From Gekko japonicus (lineage: Eukaryota): DNA of 64,000 bases. The position numbers and the translations under genes are program-made. The notes under the pieces were generated by a model that did not search any database, was not told the DNA's origin, and saw only the letters and a list, made by a program, of their open reading frames with translations. Shown piece by piece: positions 37,761 through 50,980 of this stretch. The stretch covers positions 127,895-191,894 of the forward strand of contig NW_015162030.1 in assembly GCF_001447785.1 (NCBI RefSeq), written 5' to 3'. Numbering within the stretch: the stretch's first letter is position 1; every line of letters begins with the position of its first letter.

Positions 37761-39565
37761 CTGGAAAGGGGGCGGGGGTGGGGGAAGACCGCATCACAGC
37801 TGGCCGAGGCGTCCCGGGCTTGGGCTCTTGGCTGTGGTCAGGTGCAGCCCCCCCACCCGCCCAGCTGGCTGTGTCTCGGGGGAGGGGGCCACTGGGGAGC
37901 AGAGATTGCCAGGGCAGGCCCTCTTCCACTGCCTCCCCCATGTGCCTTCTCCCAAAATGCTTCCTGGGGAGAGGGGGGGCTGAGGCACAGCTGGGAGGCG
38001 CTACCCCCCATCCCACAGCATCGCAAATACTAAGAAGAAGAGATTGGATTCGTACCCCATGGCCCTTCACTACTCAAGGGAGTCTCAGAGCGGCTTACAC
38101 ACTCCTTTTCCCTTCCCCTCCCCACCACAGACACCCTGAGAGGTAGGTGGGGCTGAGAGAGCTCTGACACAAACAGCTCTTTTTTCAAGGACAGCTCTTG
38201 TCAGAACTACGGCTTGCCCAAGGTCATCCAGCCAGGTGCAAGTGGAGGAGGAGTGGGGCATCAAACCCGGTTCTCCCAGATGAGAGTCCGCGCACTTCAC
38301 CACTACAACAAACTTAACCACTACACCAAACGAAACTGAGAGCAGGCAGGAAGTGACGTCACTGAGACTGGCAGCAGGGGGTGGGACCTGGCTCCCAGTC
38401 TGTAGGGCATGGGGGCTGAAGGGGGCGGCACGAGGGGTGGCACCAACCAGAGAAGCACGGCGCAGGTGGGGGGGGGCACACACTTCCTGGCATGTGAGAG
38501 GCCCCTCCCCAGGGACTGACCCCTCCTCCAGTACTTTCACTTTGCTGGCTCACAAGCAACAGCCCTGCGAAGGAGGCCGCTCTTGTTTACCTTTCACAGG
38601 CAGCCCAAGACCAAACAGGTGGCCCGTGCCGGGGGGGGGAGGGGCTCGAACCTGCCTCTCAGCCCAGGGCGAACTGCAGGGCCCAGGGCCAAAGAGACAC
38701 TCGGCGCTGCCAGGCATCCGGGGGTGCTATAAATAAACAGGAGGGAAGGCCGGACTGGGGCTGCCGGCCAGACGGAACCACAGGGCTGCATCCTCGTGCC
38801 TGAGCCTTTCCAGGAATTGGGAACACACTGCCCCCCCCCTCGCCCACACAGCCAAGGACATTCCCTGCTGGCTGATGGAGGGGGGGGGGCGAGGGAAGGT
38901 AACCGTGGCCGGCATTCTGCGGCACTCCCTCCTGCCCTCCCCTGCCTCAGCCGATGGCCTGGGGCTCAAAAGGCCCCCTCCCGAAGGGCGAGGAAAGGGC
39001 TGCTGCTGCTGCTCTGGGGAGGTGGCCACCCTACCTCTGCCTCCCCCCACCCCCAGCCCAGGCAAGCAGCCAAGCCTCACCAAGGCCTGANNNNNNNNNN
39101 NNNNNNNNNNNNNNNNNNNNNNNNNNNNNNNNNNNNNNNNNNNNNNNNNNNNNNNNNNNNNNNNNNNNNNNNNNNNNNNNNNNNNNNNNNNNNNNNNNNN
39201 NNNNNNNNNNNNNNNNNNNNNNNNNNNNNNNNNNNNNNNNNNNNNNNNNNNNNNNNNNNNNNNNNNNNNNNNNNNNNNNNNNNNNNNNNNNNNNNNNNNN
39301 NNNNNNNNNNNNNNNNNNNNNNNNNNNNNNNNNNNNNNNNNNNNNNNNNNNNNNNNNNNNNNNNNNNNNNNNNNNNNNNNNNNNNNNNNNNNNNNNNNNN
39401 NNNNNNNNNNNNNNNNNNNNNNNNNNNNNNNNNNNNNNNNNNNNNNNNNNNNNNNNNNNNNNNNNNNNNNNNNNNNNNNNNNNNNNNNCGGGGGGGTTTT
39501 CTCTAGCACAACACCTGGGAGGGGCCACCACCCACCCATGTCTTCCCCACCCCCTCCCCACTCAC

Positions 39566-39642
39566 CTTCACCCCAGGGTCTCTGCTGGTCCCGAAATGGG
39601 CCACGATCAGGTCCACGGCTGTGTTGATCGCCTTGACCAGCC
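39566..39642 (-). CDS. RUSC2: RUSC2 coding exon 5 (start of RUN region)
   Basis: [26 protein letters not shown]; TTGCAG| acceptor, AAG|GTGAGT donor; phase 1-0. Confidence 0.95.
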
Positions 39643-40594
39643 CTGCAAGACAGGCGCCAGAGCAGAGCTGAAGGCGGCCCCGCCCCCCTCCCCAAGAGGC
39701 GGCGACGGGGGGGGGGCTGTCCTCCCACCCTGCCCCATAGGCAGCCGATGGCAGCCTGCCTGTCCTCAAAGGCACCCAGAGCCAGTCCCCGCTGCGGGTC
39801 CCTTCTGGGCACCTCTAGGAATCGCCAGGAACTCTGCAGTCAGGACTTCCGGTAAGCAGACAAGGCCTCCTCCTTCTTCTTAATTCTTCTTCTCCCCAGG
39901 ATGAGTGCCCCCCCCACCCATTCGGCCCCCGTTCCCCCCCATCAATCCGGAGGGCACCAGCAGGCAAGGCTCCCCTGCCCTAAGTGGGCCAATGGGACCC
40001 CCCCCTCGCAGCCCCGCCCTCAAACACAACCCTTGCTCCCCCCCCCACACACACACACCCGTGCTGCCCTCCTCCTCCTCCTCCCCGTCAACTGGGCCAC
40101 AGCTTGGCGGGCAGGGGGCACAGACCTCCACAGTGCCAGGAGGAAAGGTCTCAGGCGAGCAAGCCAGGAGCAACTGTTCCCGGAGATGCCCCAGTGGAAA
40201 GCCCCCCAACAACCCCCCCCCCCAGAGCCTTGAAGGAAGAGCAGCAGAGCGGCAGAGCGGGGGCCACCCGGGGTCTCCGCCTGCTTTGCAGGGCTCTCGA
40301 TGGGACGCTGACCCAGTCAGCGCCTCCGAGCCCCCACCCCACCCCGGCCCGCTGCCGACCCCACTGCTTGCTCTGCGGCTGCTCCCTCTAAGCTGTGGAG
40401 TCTTGTGAGCAAAAATCCTACTATGTGAGCGACTGGCATCACAATTGTGAGAGAGCGATTTGGCTCCTGCATCAATTAGTTTGCTCTGGAGCCGTCCTTC
40501 CCGCGCTAAGACAGAAATATGTGAGCCGGAGGCTAAAAAACTGTGAGCTAGCTCATACTGACTCAGCTTAGAGGGAGCACTGGGGAGAACTCAC

Positions 40595-40738
40595 CCTTCT
40601 TCTGCAGCAGGTCGATGGAGACGGACTCCGTGTTTCCATCCGGCGACAGGCAGAATTCCGCGGGGGGCTTTTCCGCCAGGGAGAAATAGTCCGGGAAGAA
40701 GTCGGAGTAGTTGAGCGGTGGGAGCTTCATGGACTGTC
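40595..40738 (-). CDS. RUSC2: RUSC2 coding exon 4
   Basis: [48 protein letters not shown] (my translation; not in the ORF track); CTGCAG| acceptor, G|GTGAGT donor; 144 nt. Confidence 0.94.
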
Positions 40739-42193
40739 CTGCAGGAGTCAGAGAGAGAAGGGGGGTGGCGTTGGGGTTGGCAGAACTGGCTCCCGAGGGG
40801 TGACACGTGCTTCAGCTTCGGGGCCAGATGGGGCTCCGCTGCACCCCTCCGCTTGGCCCTCCGTCCCAAGTGGGGAGAGACTCTAGCCACCCTGCCACGC
40901 TCAAGAGAGCGCGCCCGGCCTTCCTTAGCCAAGGGCTCCTTCCTACATCCCCACCCCCACCCCCAGGCAAAGTCCACGTGAGGCGGTTTTATCTCCAGCA
41001 GGCACAACCCGGGCACAAGAGGCACGGATGCCTCCTCCCACGAGCACACCCCGGTGGTGGCCGGACTTTGCCTCCAGAGGGAAAAGCCCCACTCAAGATG
41101 CGGGGGGGGGGAGGAAGAGGAGGGCCATTCAAGGTGGTGGTGGTGGTGGGGAGAAAACAGGGACAGGATTCAGCTGCGCAGAAGGACCTTGGACAGAAGG
41201 GGAAGGAGAGAGACCCCTCCCAGGAGGAAAGGACCGGGGGGGGGGCGCAGAGGCTCTGGAAGAAGATTCCCAAGACCCGTTCAGTTCAGCGGCAGAGCGG
41301 GCAGTCCCCGGGGGCACCATCTCAACCCAAGGGGCACCGTCCGGAGGACAGTGAGCCCCCCCCCCCCGGTCCATGGAAATCAGTGCCCAGACGGAGCCCC
41401 AACAGGGCAAAGAGACCGGGATGCTGGACTAGGCTCTGGGAGACCCAGGTTCGAATCCCACCCTGCCACGGGGGACCTTGGCCCAGCCCCTCCCTCTCAG
41501 GAGAAAGCGCCAGGCTTCTTGGGAGATAAACGTGAGACAAACATGTACCAGCGAGAACCAACTAAAGCCTGCAGTGGAAGCCGCCTTCAGCACCGACTAC
41601 TGTGGGACTTGCCAGAGGAGGGAGCTGTCTGCACGACCACAGGGGCCTGGGGCCATCAGCCCCTCCCACCACCAACAGTGTTCCCTCTAAACTGCGTTAG
41701 TGTGAGTTCACTCCGTTTTTTAGCCTCCGGCTCACCCATTTTTGTCTCCGCTCAGGAAGGAGGGGGCTCCAGAGAGCAAACTCATTGATACAGGAGCCAA
41801 ACGGCTCACTCACAGCCTTAATGCCAGGAGCTCACAAAGTGGAGTTTTTGCTCACAGGACCCTCCACGGCTTAGAGGGAGCTCTGCCCACCCCCACCAGG
41901 TTTGTCAGGCTGCTCTTCCCATCTCCCTCCCCAGCCCACAGCACCCCAAGCCACCGGCTTCAGCGGGACCTTGTTGCGGCCGACTCCCCTTGGACGGCAC
42001 CGCAGAGAGAGGAGACGCGACCGCTGAGCCGGGAACGAACGGGAGCCTCCCTTCCCTTCTGTCCTCCGACAAGGGGGCTCCCCACTCCAAGCGGAGTCAC
42101 CCCCTCCCCGGGAGAGGACCAAAGGGAGGGGGGCAGAGGCCGCGCCCCATGGGCTGGGCCCCCCAGAGAGTCCTGCCTACGGCTGGGGCGCAC

Positions 42194-42394
42194 CATTGAG
42201 CCGGCAGGTGTTGCGTCCCGCATTCAGGGCACCTGGGAACTCAAAGATGGGGTTCCTCCAGGGCAGCCGGCCCTCCTGCCGCCTCCAGTCCAGGCTGCCC
42301 GTCAGCCCTGCCAGCCCCGAGACGCCGTCCAGCCCCAGGGGGTTCCTTCGCCGATACTCCCGCCACTTGAGTGCTTGCGGAGAGAGGTGGTGGG
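42194..42394 (-). CDS. RUSC2: RUSC2 coding exon 3
   Basis: [21 protein letters not shown]...RNPIFEFPG...CRLNG; TAG| acceptor, G|GTGCGC donor; 201 nt, phase 1-1. Confidence 0.93.
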
Positions 42395-44163
42395 CTACGC
42401 GGCCCCCGAGGCAAGCGAGCCACAGGACAGGAGACAGAGAGAGAGAGAGGGCAGGAGGGAGGGAGAGAGAAAGAGAGAGGAGGGAGGGAGGAAGAAAAAC
42501 CAAGAGAGGAGACAGGCAAGAACCAAGACAACAATGTTAGTAGCAATCCCGCAAGCATTAGCTGGACATTGGCATGGGGGGGGGGGAAGGGGAGAATTCT
42601 AAAAATGTGGAAGAAACAATGCTGGCAGGCAGCCCTACAGGGCAGGCAGGCAGGCAGGGTGCAACTGCAGGGTTCCCTCTAAGGTGAGTGAGTGTGAGCG
42701 AGCTCACAGTTTTTTAGCCTCCGGCTCATACATTTTCATCTTAGCTCAGGAAGGAGGGCTCCAGAGCAAACTGATTTATGCAGGAGCCAAATCGCTCGCT
42801 CACAACTTTAATGCCAGGAGCTCACAAAGTAGAATGTTTGCTCCGGGGCCTTCCCCAAACTGCAGCCAAAGAGACCTGGGAAGAGCTCCCACCTGCAACG
42901 TTTGCAGGGCCAGAGGAGGCTCTGCAAGAGAGACATGCCACCCCCACCCCCACCCCCGCTCCAGTTGCCTTCGTGGGGCTCCTGCGCTTCTTTAGGGACA
43001 GACCACCCGAGAGCTGGGAGGGTGGTCCGTGCATACACCTGAGAACCAGAGGTTGGCTGCGAGGGGACCCCTTTCCAGGGGCCGGTGGCGTCCTCCCTCC
43101 CCGGCACACTCCCTGGGAGGGGGACTGAGAGCACTGGCACCTGCTGTGGGGCTGGGGGCTGCCTGAGGTGGGTGGGGGGCTCGGTCTAGTCGCACAGAAA
43201 GGTCACCGGCTATGATGTGGGACAAAGTCTGAAGGCCTCTGAAGCAGGGTGCCGGCACACGAAAGCTTCCACCCAGAATTAAACTGTGTTGGTCTTAAAG
43301 GTGCCACTGGACTTGCTCTAATGAAACCCAAGTCTCTGTTCAGGCTGCATTTGCTTTCCTGAAGTGTTCTGATTCAGCACTTTCTCTTTGCCTATTCCCT
43401 TTGATTTTTTTTAATTGATAAAAGTGTCTTTCAGATCAACAACAGATGTCCTGGAAGATTGAAATGTTCTCCCGCTCGTTTCTGAGTGTTGCGATTTCTA
43501 ATGTCAGGTTTGCGTTCAGTGGTTCCTGCAGGCAGGGAGTGACTCATTTGTCCCACGGAGAGACAGGAGAAAGGGCCAGATGACACGCGACGGCACGCAT
43601 GACCCTGGACCATGGGTGAGAGGAGGATCCCAAGGTGGTCTCATCAAGGGCTCTGCCTTCCCCCACCCCCCCCATCAAGTCACAACCGACTCATTCCGGC
43701 TGGTGAGGTTTTCGAGGGAAGAGACAGACAGACGGGGTGGTTTGCCCTTCCCTGCCTCTGCGAAGCGATCCCTGGTGGCCTCCGGGAGCTTTCGGGATCT
43801 GACGACGGGGTTCTCTCTCGTTTCTTCTTGGGGGTTCTTGTAGCTAGATGCCAAACGTGGGCATCCAGCTGAAAGACCCCCTCCAGAAGGACCAAGAGAG
43901 AACCCCCAACTTCAAATGGCTTCTCACCTCCGACAATGGGCCACCCGGCAAAGAGCCAAGCCCAGGAACCAAAACTTGCAACGGGACCAGAGACCGACTT
44001 TGTCCCTGCATATACTCAGGCAATACTGTCACCATGGATTCATTTTGCTTTTGGAACAGCCGTGGCCAATCCTGGCGCTTCTCCCCAAAACCTTCCAACT
44101 CCCCCTCCCCCCCATGGGGTGCCTGCCAAGTCCTTGGAAGTTCTGTGACAGGAGACCACCTAC

Positions 44164-44925
44164 CGTTCAGGGGGCGGGGCCCCATGGCGCCCAGGGACCC
44201 AGCGCTGACGGGATCACTGCAGCCAGCCTTCCACGGGGGGTTGGCGGGCCCCCCTGCCCCGGACAAGCTCAGCCCCTCGGTCGCCAAAGGAGGGAGGGAG
44301 CTGCCGTGGAGCTGGTACTCGTCCGGCGGCCCGCTCTGCTCTGGCAGCACCCTGGGGGCCAGCTGGGGGCTCTCCTTCTTGTGCACGGGGTTGGCACGGG
44401 TGCCGGCGTGGGGGGCCGGGGAAGGCCCGGTGGGCAGGAGGTTGGCAGAGACGGGGCAGGACCGGCTCCGGGGAGGGTGACTCTCAGGCGTCGCAGAGCA
44501 GGAGGAGGAGGAGGAAGAGTCCACGTTCTGGAAGAAAGGCACATTGCTTCGCACGGGGGAGTAGCTGCCCAGCGGGGACGGGCGAGTGGTCTCCGGGACG
44601 GGCTTCCTGGCGCAGCCGTCAGCGAGGGAGGCGGCCCCGTCCGCCGAGCGCTGACCCGGCCCCAGGGTCCCCACCCCCATGGGCTGGTCGGCGGAGGTGG
44701 CGGAGGCCGAGGACTGGGAGGTGGAGGAGAGCTGCTGGCCGGCCGAGCGGCCAGCGGCCGAGAGGCTGTAGAGCTGGGAGAGGCTGGAGGCGAGGTGGCT
44801 GTGCAGGGCCCGCCCCTTGGGCTGTCTGGGGAAGTGGTGCTGGAACACAAAGGGCTGGATGGGCAGCGTGGTCGGCCGCTGGTCCTTGCTGTAGCGCACC
44901 ACCGCCTTGCTCTCCGCCGTCCCGC
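44164..44925 (-). CDS. RUSC2: RUSC2 coding exon 2
   Basis: Acceptor TACAG|, GGTAESKAVVRYSKDQRPTTLPIQPFVFQHHFP...RPSPLGSYSP...GPRPLN, donor G|GTAGGT; 762 nt, phase 1-1. Confidence 0.95.
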
Positions 44926-45216
44926 CTGTAGGGGGAGACAGAGAGGAAGAGTGAGGGGAGGGGAGGGGAGGGCAACGGGCCAGGAACGCGGGCGGGGGGA
45001 GGCCCGCTCTGCCAGCCAGTGCTCCAAGCGGCACCCACCAAGGGGGGGGGGAGCAGGCTGGGAAACCGTGGCTCTCCCTCCCTCCCCACCACAGAACCCC
45101 ACCCACTGAGCTGGAGGGATACAGCCTATTAGATGCTTGGAGAACACGCAATATAAATAAAAGAGATTTTACATTCTACTCAAATAGACACGACTGTTGG
45201 TCACGTATAGGCATGG

Positions 45217-45563
45217 TAGGTTTCAAAATATTCCTAAGCACGAACGGAGATGTGACTCTATCTTGATTCAATTGGTCACATACTGTTAGACTGTTCGTTG
45301 CATGCATCTGCTAGGGAAAAATGGTTAAATACTTGGTTGCAGGGTAAACATCACCTTCCTAATAAAATAAAATGTCAAATTCTATTGAATGATACAACAG
45401 TAGAGATTACTGTGGCAGTGGCCAATTTTTTAGTTGATGTGATAAGAGTGAAAAACGTGGGAAACTCAATTTTATGTTTTTTTAATTATCTCAGACTTTT
45501 AGCTGATTGTGTTATTTACTGTCTCTGATTTTAATGTTGTATATACCATTAAAGGTCTATTGA
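45217..45563 (+). mobile_element. 5'-truncated LINE 3' end (RTE-X-like) inserted in the L1 endonuclease region
   Basis: GRFQNIPKHERRC...SIGHILLDC Cys/His motif (frameshifted); flanked by TATAGGCATGG / TATAGACATGG. Confidence 0.5.
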
Positions 45564-45806
45564 TATAGACATGGCGTGGGTGAACTTAACAATGTTGAGC
45601 GAACTACTAGAGGCAGAGATCCTACCTAAGACATTCGCAGATCATAATCCAATATTATTTTCCTTCAAAGAAATTAGGAAAAGAAATAGATGGATCCTAA
45701 CTAATAACCTACTCAGAGATAATAAATTTGTGGAAAAAACAAAAATAGAAATTCAAGATTTTATAAAAAGAAATATCCAGCCAGAGATGCCAATATACAC
45801 AGTTTG

Positions 45807-46133
45807 TAGGCTTGCCAAGTCCCCCCGGGGGGCGGGGAAACCCCCGCTCCAGAGGCCCGTTCCCCGCTGCCGGCGGATCAGGCCCCGGGGGAACCCCACC
45901 CCGACGTGCACGTCACCTGGAAGTGACACGACCATGCCGGGCACACTGGGGGCGGGGCCACAATCATCCGAGGGAAAACCCTATGGTTTTCCCTCAGATG
46001 GTCATGGCCCCGGCCCCTAGCGTGCCCGGTGTCGCCATGTCACTTCCGGGTGATGTGCATGTGGCATGCGCGCGCACTCCAGCCGCCAGCCGTGAATCCC
46101 CCGCTACGGCTCAAAAACCACTTGGCAACCCTA
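45807..46133. mobile_element. hAT MITE inserted in L1
   Basis: TAGGCTTGCCAAGT / ACTTGGCAACCCTA TIRs, perfect 8-bp TSD ACAGTTTG; removing it restores PIYTVWDAFKAY. Confidence 0.9.
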
Positions 46134-49100
46134 ACAGTTTGGGATGCATTTAAAGCATATATGAGAGGCTGGTTTATTAATCAGGATGTGTGGAAGAGAA
46201 AAGAAAGGAAAATATCTTATGAGCTATTAAGTAAGCAAATTAAAAAGCAAGAAGATAAATTGAAAAGAGGTATGAATAGAGAAGATATTCAAACTAAATT
46301 AAAATTATTAGTGCATAAAATGAATCTAATATTAACTCAAGAAATTGTAAAATATATGGAATATGCCAAACTTTACCACTTCGAAAATGCGAATAAATCC
46401 TCGAGATGGTTGTCATATCGGCTTAGAAAGGAAAGAGAAAAACGATCCATAATTCTACTTAAAGATGAAAAGGATGAAGAAAAATACAAATTACAAATTA
46501 CAGGATACGAAAAAAATTGTAGAATTTTTTTTTTAAATCTACATCAACAAAAGAATGAAGAAAATATTCAAATGAAAGAATACTAGGAAAAAATAATAAG
46601 CAAAAATTTAACGAGGATGAAAAATGTATTCTAAATGATCCAATTACTACGTGTGAAATAATAGAAGCAATTAAGAAGCAGAAGAACAAGAAATCACCAG
46701 GCCATGATCGTATACCAACAGAATTTTTAAAGACTTTTGAAGATCAGTTAATACTCCCAACTAAAGGATGTGATACAGAATATAGGGGAGTTAGGGAAGT
46801 TACCAGCATCATGGAATCAGGCAATAATAACATTAATACCTAAACCAAACTCAGAGAAAAATCAAGTAAAAAATTATAGACCCATATCGCTATTGAATGT
46901 AACAATAACCAAGTCCCTGGTGCCAATGTCACCTGCCACGCACTCACTCCCCCTGATGGTGACGGAAAAGCCACGCTCTGCCAGACCACCTCACGGGGTC
47001 CTCGTGAGGACTGTGCCGAGAGAGCCCATGCAAAGTGCACCCAAACCCCCCAAAAGCACTCTCTAAGGCTAGGCCGTGTTCTCATGGCTACTGCCGCTAG
47101 TGAGCGGGCTGGCCTGGACAAACGGGGGGGGGGGGGGGAGGCGCCGTCTGCAGGATGGGTGCCAGCCACAGAGAAAGGGGAGGGGCCCACATAAGCCCCC
47201 CTGCTGGGCTGCATACTGCAAATTCACTGGGAGCAAAATCAAGTGGGCGCAGCAGAGATGCCAAAAGAGGCACCAGATACACTAAGTGAGGGGGGACAAG
47301 ACACAGGCTGGGAGGGTGTGTGTGTGTCTTGTCTCCCCCATCTCTGACTGCCCCCCCTCCTCTCCAAGCATCTCCCTACAGCTGCTGGGGCAACAGAGAC
47401 AGCACCACCCCGCACTGACCCCACGGGACCACTAAAGAACTCCCACATGCCTGGGCAAGGCACTGAATCCGCCCCCTTGGCTGGGGTGTGTGCGTTTTCA
47501 CCCTAAAGTGCAGCCGGCACACGGAGACACCCTGCTGCCGCCCAGAGGGCCCCCCTCCCCCCAGCACTTAACCTGCCGTATCCTGGGGCGCTGCGTGCAA
47601 TTAGAGGCCCGGTTGCTCCTGCCATCCGGCCGCAGCAGGGATACAAGGGCCACCAGCTGAAACGCGAGAGGGGGGCTGGGGGGGGGGGAGAGAGGATCAC
47701 ATGCCACAGCAGCCAGGACACAAAACAAACCTCTCCCCTTTCAGCTCCTCACCAGGATGGGCCGCGTGGGCAGTGCCCTCTGCAGGTCGGCCTGTTTGTT
47801 GGGGCTCCCAAAAGGCCCAACAAATCCTGCCCTCCTTGCAGGGAAGGGATGCCAGCCAGGCAGCCATCAAATGCCTACCGAGGAAGGCGCTTCCGGGGCC
47901 TCTCAGACGGCAGAGGAGAGGAGAGACGCTTCCACAGAGAGCACCGCAGAGAAATAGCCCTCCCGCCCACAAGCAGCAGGGGTGCCACCCAAGGCTATCG
48001 GGCCCATCAGGGAGGGACCCTGGCCCGGGGGCAGAGCCTCTGCTTGGTGTGCAGAAGGTGCCCCGGTTCAATCCCCGGCATCTCCGATGCAAAGGACCCA
48101 GGAGCGGGAGACGTAAGAAAGCTCCGCCCGAGATCCTGGAGAGCCACGGCCAGTCGGAGGAGAAAAGACCGACCTCAGCAGGCTGGCACAGAACGAGGCA
48201 GCCTGGCACGGCCAAGACTGAGCAGTGCCAAGGGCCCTTCACGACCCGGGCCCTGGAATGGCAAAGGAGGGAGTCTCCGGGCAGGGAGGGGGATGGCGGC
48301 GCCACCCAGATTCATACACCCCTTGGCACGGATCCCTGGGCAGCCTCCGGCACCCAGAATCGGGCCTGCCCCCCCCGAGTCCAGCACCCTGATCCCAACT
48401 CTGGCCCATCAGGCACCCCTGATCAGGTACACATCTGGGCTCTGATCCAAAAGGCACCAACGCTGCATTCGTCCAACGGGGCTAAGCACCTTCTTTCCCC
48501 AAATCACCTCTCCCAACTCAAGCAAAAAGCTTGGGAAACAAGCGATGGACGAGGGAAAGGGAGCCTGAGCCGAAAAAGCCCCGCCCCGCCCTGCCCTGGC
48601 CAAGCAAGTGGCTAGAAGAGCCAGTGGAGAGCCAGTTTGGAGTAGTGGTTAAGTGCGCGGACTCTAATCTGGGAGAACCGGGTTTGATTCCCCACTCCTC
48701 CACTTGCACCTGCTGATGTGATCTTGGGTCAGTCACAAGCTCTGGCACAGCTGTCCTTGAAAAAGAGCAGTTTGTGTCAGAGCTCTCTCAGCCCCACCCA
48801 CCTCACAGGGTGTCTGTTGTGGGGAGGGGAAGGGAGAGGAGTTTGTAAGCCGCACTGAGACTCCAAGTGAAGGGCNNNNNNNNNNNNNNNNNNNNNNNNN
48901 NNNNNNNNNNNNNNNNNNNNNNNNNNNNNNNNNNNNNNNNNNNNNNNNNNNNNNNNNNNNNNNNNNNNNNNNNNNNNNNNNNNNNNNNNNNNNNNNNNNN
49001 NNNNNNNNNNNATAGGGTCACCAGCTCTGGGCTGGGAAATACCTGGACATTTTGGGAGTGGATCCTGGGGAGGGTGGGGTTTTGGGAAGGGGAGCGACCT

Positions 49101-50980
49101 CAGCAGGGTATAATGCCATACAGTCCACCCTCCAAAGCAGCCATTTTCTCTAGGGAACTGATCTCTATTGTCCGCGGATCAATTGTAATAGCAGGAGATC
49201 TCCAGGTACCACCTGGAGGTTGCCCCCGGGGACCGGGGCCGGCGAGCCAACAAGTCCGGTCCAACCAGCACAGCCACCATCTCGTTCTCTGGGCCAGAAG
49301 CAAGGACGCTCCCAGCCACCACCAGTGTTTTGCTTCCCTGCACTTTGAGCAAAGAAGCTTCATCCAGTTTGGTGCAGTGGTTAAGTGTGTGCGGACTCTA
49401 ATCTGGGAGAACCGGGTTCGATTCCCCACTCCTCCTCCACGTGCACCTGGCTGGATGACCTTGGGCAAGCCATGGTTCTGACAAGAGCTGTCCTTGAAAA
49501 AGAGCAGCTTCTGTCAGAGCTCTCTCAGCCCCACCGACCTCACAGGGTGTCTGTTGTTGTGGGGAGGGGGAGGGAAAGGAGTTTGTAAGCCGCTCTGAGA
49601 CTCCCTTGGATAGGGAAGGGCAGGGCATAAATCCAGTCTCCTCCTCCATCTCCTTCATTTCGAGTAGGAAGAATCGGAGCGGCAAGCAACCTCATTAGAA
49701 GACAGCCTCTGCCGGGGCCGGGGACGCCACCAGAGCTCGCCCCACTCAGACAGTCCTTCCACCCCGAGGATTCCGACACCCCTAGCCCCAGAGGACCCCG
49801 CTCTCACCCTGCGGCTCCCAAGCCTCGGGGCATCTCTCCGCCTGGGATGCTGCCGCAGGAGGGCTCCGCTGGCACACAGGCCTGGCTCCACAGCTCTCCT
49901 CAAAGACCGGCCCCTGGGCATGGAAGCTCTCCTTCCTGAGGGGTGGCTGGACCAACCCACCCCAGAAGCCGCCTCCACAGCCCCTTCCCCCTCAGCACCA
50001 CCACCACCACCAGATACCCCAGGTGTCCCCACCCATGTTGAGCCCTGTGGGGGCCCACAGAATTCTGACACAGCACGGTGGGCGTAGCTGCAAAATGGCA
50101 GCCACAAAACCGCTGCTGTGGGAAGCCAGCCGGCCCAGAGAGGGCAGCTGCAGCCTGCCCTCAGTCATGCAGTGAAGATCCTTGAGCTCCGGGGGCAGCT
50201 GCTGACAAAGCCGTGCTCTTGAAAACCTGCACTGCCAATCAAATCTCCACTGGCCAACCAGAAGCCTCGTTGGGCAAACGCTCCACTCGTCCCTGCCCAT
50301 TTCCCAGGAACACTCGGCAGGCAACAGGAGGAGGGCCACAGCGCCCGATGGCACCACCCTGGGGACCCCCCCCCCACTGGCTCCGTAGCTAGACCCTTTT
50401 TCTTTGGGGGAGACACGTGCCCCAACGTGACTGCGTCACTTCCGGAAGTAACGTGCCGGAAGTGCCATAGGCATGTTGGGGGGGGGGGGTTGGACCGACC
50501 CTGACGGAAAGCAGGACACACGAAGCTGCCTTATGCCGAACAAGACCCTTGGCTTGGCCCATCATACAGTCAGGGAAGATTGGGGGGGCAGGGCAAATAA
50601 GGGAGGGGGCATCGCCCCAAAGGCCCCACGGTGGCTACAGCCAGACCTGTAATGCCACTGGGGATATAGCCCCCAGGGAACAGGCGGACACTTTCCCATT
50701 TACCATACGGTCGCCAATCAACGGTCTCTCTCTCTCTTTGCAATCCGGTAAGCAAACTTTGGCCTTCTGGCCCAATCCCCAAACTGGGTGCTTGCTTCTC
50801 TAGCGCCTGTCTGGACGAGCCCCTCCCCTGACAGTGCCCTCGGGAGAAGTATCCCTTAGCAAGCTCCTCTCCAGCAACCCCTATTTTGAACAATCCTAGC
50901 TGTCTCCCCTCTTTGGAGGGACCCCCCCCCTCAACTGACTATAAGAGACGGGCCCACGTATCCCCCCGGAGGGGCCTTAC

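Larger units (their letters stand above)
45133..46900 (+). mobile_element. L1/Tx1-clade LINE ORF2 fragment (APE C-terminus to RT start), with two insertions
   Basis: FTFYSNRHDCWSRI / DMAW...ADHNPI, WDAFKAYMRG, SPGHDRIP.EF.K and [13 protein letters not shown]...NYRPISLLN motifs; AT-rich; frameshifted. Confidence 0.88.
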
